Assembly: GCA_965248195.1 (NCBI GenBank)
Contig: CBDFIQ010000002.1
Span: 288,001 to 352,000, forward strand
Reading direction: 5' to 3'
DNA length: 64,000 nucleotides
Origin: Longimicrobiales bacterium
GTDB taxonomy: Bacteria > Gemmatimonadota > Gemmatimonadetes > Longimicrobiales > Gaopeijiaceae
Each line of letters opens with the position of its first letter. The first letter of the stretch is position 1. This document shows positions 59,334 to 64,000 of the stretch, in pieces. The translations under genes were made by a program, and so were the position numbers. Below the pieces are notes generated by a model that was not told the DNA's origin, made no database searches, and worked only from the letters and a program-made list of their open reading frames with translations.

Positions 59334-59828
59334 ATGTCTTTCAGGAAGATCTACTCGCGTCGGGGAATGGCGACTGTCGCCCTGACCCTTACGATCGTCG
59401 CCTGCCAACCGCCCGTAGCAGACGCCGACGCAGCTCAGCCCGCTCTACAACCCGCGGTTCAACCTGCCGTTCAGCAGGGCGCGGCTCCCGAATATCTGAA
59501 TCCCAACGCTCGGGCGCCGTACTCCGAAGGCGTCCGGCACGGGGGACTGCTCTTCTTGGCAGGAAAGCTCGGAGGCGGCGGGGAGCGCGGAATTCAGCCC
59601 GAGACTCGAATTGCCCTCGAGTCCATTCAAGATGCGCTCGAACGCTTCGGATCCTCCATGGACCGAGTCTTGAAGTGCTCCGTCTTTCTGGCCGATATGG
59701 CAGAGTGGGGCGCCATGAACGAGGTCTACGCGGAATTCTTTCCAGAGAACAAGCCTGCCCGGACCGCCGTCGGGGCGGGATTGTCAGGAACCAATCGCGT
59801 GGAAATCGAATGCATAGCCGCGGCGTGA
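59334..59828 (+). CDS. RidA/YjgF family protein with N-terminal lipoprotein-like signal
   Basis: AGGAGG RBS; IVAC lipobox; PYS, LAGKLG, VFLADM...MNEVY..FF...PART.V, VEIECIA. Confidence 0.85.
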   Translation: MSFRKIYSRRGMATVALTLTIVACQPPVADADAAQPALQPAVQPAVQQGAAPEYLNPNARAPYSEGVRHGGLLFLAGKLGGGGERGIQPETRIALESIQDALERFGSSMDRVLKCSVFLADMAEWGAMNEVYAEFFPENKPARTAVGAGLSGTNRVEIECIAAA

Positions 59829-59889
59829 CGTCCGAGTTGGCGATCGGACCGACGGACCGCCGGAGAGCGGGCCTGGCCCCTCAGGACTC

Positions 59890-60438
59890 GTGAACGACGG
59901 GTCGCTGGAGCTCGCGACCCTCGGTGGGGGCTGTTACTGGTGCTTGGAGGCGGTCTTCGAGTTGCTCGAGGGCGTCGAGAGCGTGGTGTCGGGCGCCTCG
60001 GGCGGCCCCGAGCCGAATCCGACGTACGAGCAACTTTGCTCGGGGCGCACTGGGCACGCCGAGGTGGTTCAGCTTCGGGTGGACCCCTCGGTCACCAGCT
60101 TTCGGGAGATCCTCGAGGTCTTCTTCGCCACGCACGACCCCACGACATTGGATCGTCAGGGAGGCGACGTCGGGCCTCAGTACCGCTCGGCGATCTTCTA
60201 CCACTCGCCGGAGCAGAAGGAGACCGCAGAAGCGGTAATTGCAGAGTTGACCGCGGACGGTGTCTGGGGCGGTCCGATCGTCACGGAAGTCACTCCTTTC
60301 GACGCATTCTATGCGGCTAAGGAGGACCACCAGGCGTATTACCGAAGCAACGGTGGTCAGCCTTACTGTCAGGTCGTGATCGATCCCAAGGTCAGAAAGC
60401 TCCGGGAGAAGTTCGCTCACAAGCTGAAGAACGAATGA
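59890..60438 (+). CDS. msrA: Peptide-methionine (S)-S-oxide reductase
   Basis: GGCYWCLEA, PTYE..C.G.TGHAEVV, HDPT...RQG.D.G.QYRS.IF, HQ.YY, PYC. Confidence 0.92.
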   Translation: MNDGSLELATLGGGCYWCLEAVFELLEGVESVVSGASGGPEPNPTYEQLCSGRTGHAEVVQLRVDPSVTSFREILEVFFATHDPTTLDRQGGDVGPQYRSAIFYHSPEQKETAEAVIAELTADGVWGGPIVTEVTPFDAFYAAKEDHQAYYRSNGGQPYCQVVIDPKVRKLREKFAHKLKNE

Positions 60439-61316
60439 CGGTCACCCTGATCACTGGGGCGAGCACGGGGATCGGTGAAGCCACCGCGTTTCACTTTGCC
60501 CGTCTGGGCCATACGGTCTACGCCTCCATGCGGACGCCCGATGCTTCCGGCGGTGGGCTCCGACGTGCGGCGGAAGAGGAGGGGCTGGATCTGGAGCTCA
60601 TCGCGCTGGACGTCGACGACTCCGCGTCGGTGGCCTCCGCGGTCGGCTGCGTCCTCGAACGTTCCGGCCAGATCGACGTTCTCGTCAACAATGCCGGTGT
60701 CGGGAAGCTCACAAGCGTCGAGGAGGTGCCCGTCGAGGACGCCAAGGCCGTCTTCGAAACCAACGTCGTCGGGCCACTCCGGATGATGCAGGCCGTGCTT
60801 CCGGGAATGAGAGAGCGACGGAGCGGCACCATCGTGAACATCTCGTCGGTAGCGGGACGCATCGTGAGCGCCGGCCATGGCATCTATTCCGCGAGCAAGT
60901 ACGCCCTGGAAGCTTTGAGTGAGGCAGTCGCCATCGAGACGAGGCGGCTCGGGATCCGAGTCATCGTGATCGAGCCGGGGTTCATCGCGACGCCGATCCT
61001 CGATAAGGCTGGTGACATCGAGATCGGCGATGGGCCGTACGTCCCTCATTTGCGAAGGATGCAGGCGTTGTACAAACATGCGCGGGGTGGCGCGGAGCCC
61101 CCGAGCGTGGTCGCCGAGGTGATTGCCGACGCGCTCGACGACCCGAGTCCACGCTTTCGTTACCTCGCCGGGGAGCGTGCTCCACCCGTCCTCGATGGCC
61201 GCGCGCGAATGACCGACGAGGAGTGGATCGACTTGGGGCGAGAGATGACGGATGAGGAATACCGGGCCGAGAGTGGGCGGTGGTTTTCTCCGGAGGGGGG
61301 TGCAGAGACGCAATAG
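60435..61316 (+). CDS. Short-chain dehydrogenase/reductase
   Basis: ITGASTGIG, NNAG, SS, YSASK. ATGA overlap with msrA. Confidence 0.92.
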   Translation: MTVTLITGASTGIGEATAFHFARLGHTVYASMRTPDASGGGLRRAAEEEGLDLELIALDVDDSASVASAVGCVLERSGQIDVLVNNAGVGKLTSVEEVPVEDAKAVFETNVVGPLRMMQAVLPGMRERRSGTIVNISSVAGRIVSAGHGIYSASKYALEALSEAVAIETRRLGIRVIVIEPGFIATPILDKAGDIEIGDGPYVPHLRRMQALYKHARGGAEPPSVVAEVIADALDDPSPRFRYLAGERAPPVLDGRARMTDEEWIDLGREMTDEEYRAESGRWFSPEGGAETQ

Positions 61317-61328
61317 GCGGCGAGATCG

Positions 61329-64000
61329 TCACCGGGTTCCGTACCTGAGGAAAAGCACCGGTACCACCACCATGTTCAGCGCCAGGGACGTGAGGATCCC
61401 GCCCAGTACGACCACTGCCATCGGGCTCTGAATCTCGTTCCCGGGCTCCCCCCCTGAGAGCGCCAAAGGCAGGAGGGCTAGGCCCGCAGTCAGCGCCGTC
61501 ATCATGATCGGATTCAGCCGTTCCATCGAGCCCTGGATAACGGCATGGCGGAGTAGCGCTCCCTCGTAGAGCAGGTGGTTGTAGTGGCTCACCATCAGGA
61601 TCCCGTTCCTAACGGCGATCCCGAAGAGGGTGATGAACCCCACTAACGTCGCGACGTTGAGCACTCCCCCAGTCATCCACACGGCGATAATTCCGCCTAC
61701 CAAGGCCAAAGGCAGGTTCACCATGACCAGGAGAACCTGGCGAACGGAGCCGAACTCGATGAAGAGAAGCAGGAAGATAGCCGCCAGGGACAGCAGACTC
61801 ATGAGTCCGATCGTGCGCGTGGCCCCGCTCGCGGATTCGAACTGGCCGCCGTATTCAATGTAGTACCCGGGGGGTAGATCGACCGCCGTCTGTACTCCTC
61901 TTTCGATGTCTTCCACTACACTCCCTACGTCCCGGCCCGCAACGTTGGACTGAACTACGATCATGCGCTGGACGTCCTCGCGTGAGATGGCGTTGGGGCC
62001 CATGTCGAAGCGAACATCGGCCAGAGATCCGAGGGTGACCTGAGAGCCGACGGGCGTGTCGATCCTCGCGCGGCGCACGGCTTCGAGGCTCCCCCGATAT
62101 TCAGGTGCGAACCGGACCACGAGATCGAAGGCCCGCTGGCCCTCCAATACTTGGGAGACTGCCTCCCCCGCGAAAGCGACGTCGATGGCATCGGCAAGAA
62201 ACGAGGGCGTCACCCCATAACGTGCCATGGCGGGCCGGCCCATATGCACCCTCACTTGGGGGACGTCCGCTTGCTGCTCCACGGCGACGTCTACTGTGCC
62301 CTCGACCGCCTGGATCACGGTTTCGATTTCCCTGGCCAGCGCTCGTAATTCGTACAGGTCGGGCCCGAAGAGCTTCACGGCGATGCTGGCCCGCGTTCCC
62401 GAGAGCATGTGATCGATCCGGTGGCCGATCGGCTGGCCTATCGTGATCTCCGTTCCCGGTACGGCGGCCAGGTTCGCACGCAACTCTTCCAGAACCGCGT
62501 CGTAGTCGTAGCCAGCCAACTCCAGCCGCGCATCGATCTCGGCGGCGTTTACCCCTTGGGCGTGCTCATCGAGCTCGGCTCTGCCTGTGCGGCGGGCGGT
62601 CTCTACGATCACCGGATGACCCAAAAGGGTCTGCTCAATCCGCCGTCCGAGGGCGTCGGACTCGTCGAGGGAGGTGCCGGGCACGGTGAGGGCACTGATC
62701 ACGAGCGAGCCTTCCTGGAACTCCGGAAGAAACGAACGGCCCAGGAACGGCAGGACGGCTAGCGACGCAACCGAGAGTACGGCGGCACCCGTCACGACGG
62801 GCCGTGGATGTTGGAGGATTCGCTCCAAAATCGTCGCGTAGAATCGCTTCAGCGTTCGCGCTACCCAGCTGTCCTCGTCCGTCTGCATCGCCCTCGACCG
62901 AGGCAGAAGGTAGGTGGAGAGAGCAGGAGTGACGGTGAGCGCGACGATGAGAGATGCCAGGATCGAGACGATGTACGCCAATCCCAGCGGCTGGAGCATG
63001 CGGCCCTCGACGCCAGAGAGAAAGAAGAGCGGCAGGAACACCACCATGATGATCAGGGTGGCGATGACGATGCTCGCTAGGATCTCCTTGGAGGCCCCGT
63101 ATGCCACTTCGCGAACGGGCCTGCGCTCGTCGGGCGCCCTATGTTGATTCTCCCGGAGGCGTCGGAACACGTTTTCCACCACGATCACTGCGTCGTCGAC
63201 CAGTGCGCCGATTGCGATGGCCATGCCGCCCAGCGTCATCGTGTTGATCGTGATGTCCATGAGCTTCAGCGCCAACACGGCCATGATCAGAGAGAGCGGG
63301 ATCGCCAGCACGGAAATGAAGGTGGTTCTGGCGCTCCATAGGAAGAGGAAGAGGATGACGACGACCAGGATCGCTCCGTCGCGAAGCGCCTCGATCACGT
63401 TGTCGACGGCTGTCTCGATGAAGTCGGCCTGCCGAAATATGCTCCGATTGATCTCCATGCCTGCGGGTAGGATCGACTCGATATCCGAAAGCTCCTGGTC
63501 GATCCTCTGAGTGAGCTCGAGGGTGTTCGTGTCGGGTTGCTTTTGTACGGTCAGGATGACGGCCCGTTCGGCGTTGGCCGATCCTTCTCCGAGCCGGGTA
63601 GCGGCTCCGATCCGCACGTCGGCCACATCGCCGATCGTGACCGGCGTCGCTTCCCGCACCGCGACCACAGTCTGTGCGATATCGTCGAGGTGCTGAACCC
63701 GCCCGGTCCCACGGATGAGGTACTCCTGCCCCCGCTGCATGAACACACCACCCGAGGCGTTCACGTTGGAGCCTTCAGCCGCCTGCAAAACGTCCTGAAG
63801 ACTGACGTCGAAGGCGGCCAGCTTGGCTGGGCTGACCAGAACCTGATACTGTTTGACGTCCCCTCCCAGAGGAATCACTTGGGCCACGCCCGGGACCGCG
63901 AGCAGACGCCGTCGGATCGTCCAGTCGGCGACGGAACGCACATCCATGTCCGATACCGCACCTGTCCCAGTCACTGCGATCAACATGATCTCACCCATGA
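61329..64000 (-). CDS. CusA/CzcA heavy-metal RND efflux permease (5' partial)
   Basis: NTMTLGG.AIAIG.LVDDA, EGRML.PL, RRTGRAELDEHA, GFITLFGIA.RNG, RL.PI.MTAL, PMA.V..GG. Confidence 0.93.
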   Translation of the reverse strand, partial: MGEIMLIAVTGTGAVSDMDVRSVADWTIRRRLLAVPGVAQVIPLGGDVKQYQVLVSPAKLAAFDVSLQDVLQAAEGSNVNASGGVFMQRGQEYLIRGTGRVQHLDDIAQTVVAVREATPVTIGDVADVRIGAATRLGEGSANAERAVILTVQKQPDTNTLELTQRIDQELSDIESILPAGMEINRSIFRQADFIETAVDNVIEALRDGAILVVVILFLFLWSARTTFISVLAIPLSLIMAVLALKLMDITINTMTLGGMAIAIGALVDDAVIVVENVFRRLRENQHRAPDERRPVREVAYGASKEILASIVIATLIIMVVFLPLFFLSGVEGRMLQPLGLAYIVSILASLIVALTVTPALSTYLLPRSRAMQTDEDSWVARTLKRFYATILERILQHPRPVVTGAAVLSVASLAVLPFLGRSFLPEFQEGSLVISALTVPGTSLDESDALGRRIEQTLLGHPVIVETARRTGRAELDEHAQGVNAAEIDARLELAGYDYDAVLEELRANLAAVPGTEITIGQPIGHRIDHMLSGTRASIAVKLFGPDLYELRALAREIETVIQAVEGTVDVAVEQQADVPQVRVHMGRPAMARYGVTPSFLADAIDVAFAGEAVSQVLEGQRAFDLVVRFAPEYRGSLEAVRRARIDTPVGSQVTLGSLADVRFDMGPNAISREDVQRMIVVQSNVAGRDVGSVVEDIERGVQTAVDLPPGYYIEYGGQFESASGATRTIGLMSLLSLAAIFLLLFIEFGSVRQVLLVMVNLPLALVGGIIAVWMTGGVLNVATLVGFITLFGIAVRNGILMVSHYNHLLYEGALLRHAVIQGSMERLNPIMMTALTAGLALLPLALSGGEPGNEIQSPMAVVVLGGILTSLALNMVVVPVLFLRYGTR

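Overview
A GC-rich bacterial chromosomal window. Several protein styles (SusC-like remnant, integrase motif, rhomboid N-terminus) suggest Gemmatimonadota; that is recollection, not a search result. The centrepiece (about 19.2-37.3 kb) is an organosulfonate locus. The taurine desulfonation genes xsc and tpa lie back-to-back with a complete aprB-aprA-qmoA-qmoB-qmoC operon that continues into a SulP anion transporter and a CoA-acylating aldehyde dehydrogenase. Alanine dehydrogenase, an AGCS amino-acid symporter and a beta-hydroxyacid dehydrogenase flank it. No sat, dsrAB, pta or tauABC is visible in the window. The arrangement suggests a single-locus module that turns taurine into acetyl-phosphate and oxidises the released sulfite through AprAB-QmoABC. 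At 9.1-14.3 kb, two near-identical IS256-family copies lack target duplications and each abuts truncated genes. They enclose a ComEC-like MBL hydrolase fused to a TssM/IcmF-C-like domain, an integrase remnant and tRNA-Asn(GTT). The rest comprises an NHEJ locus (ku coupled to a MerR-HTH/TPR gene; ligD with a 21-bp tandem repeat), many exported amino-acid or peptide hydrolases, a PQQ dehydrogenase with a D-x-D motif, transporters and a partial CusA/CzcA pump. No CRISPR array or rRNA was seen. All calls come from motif recognition without database searches.
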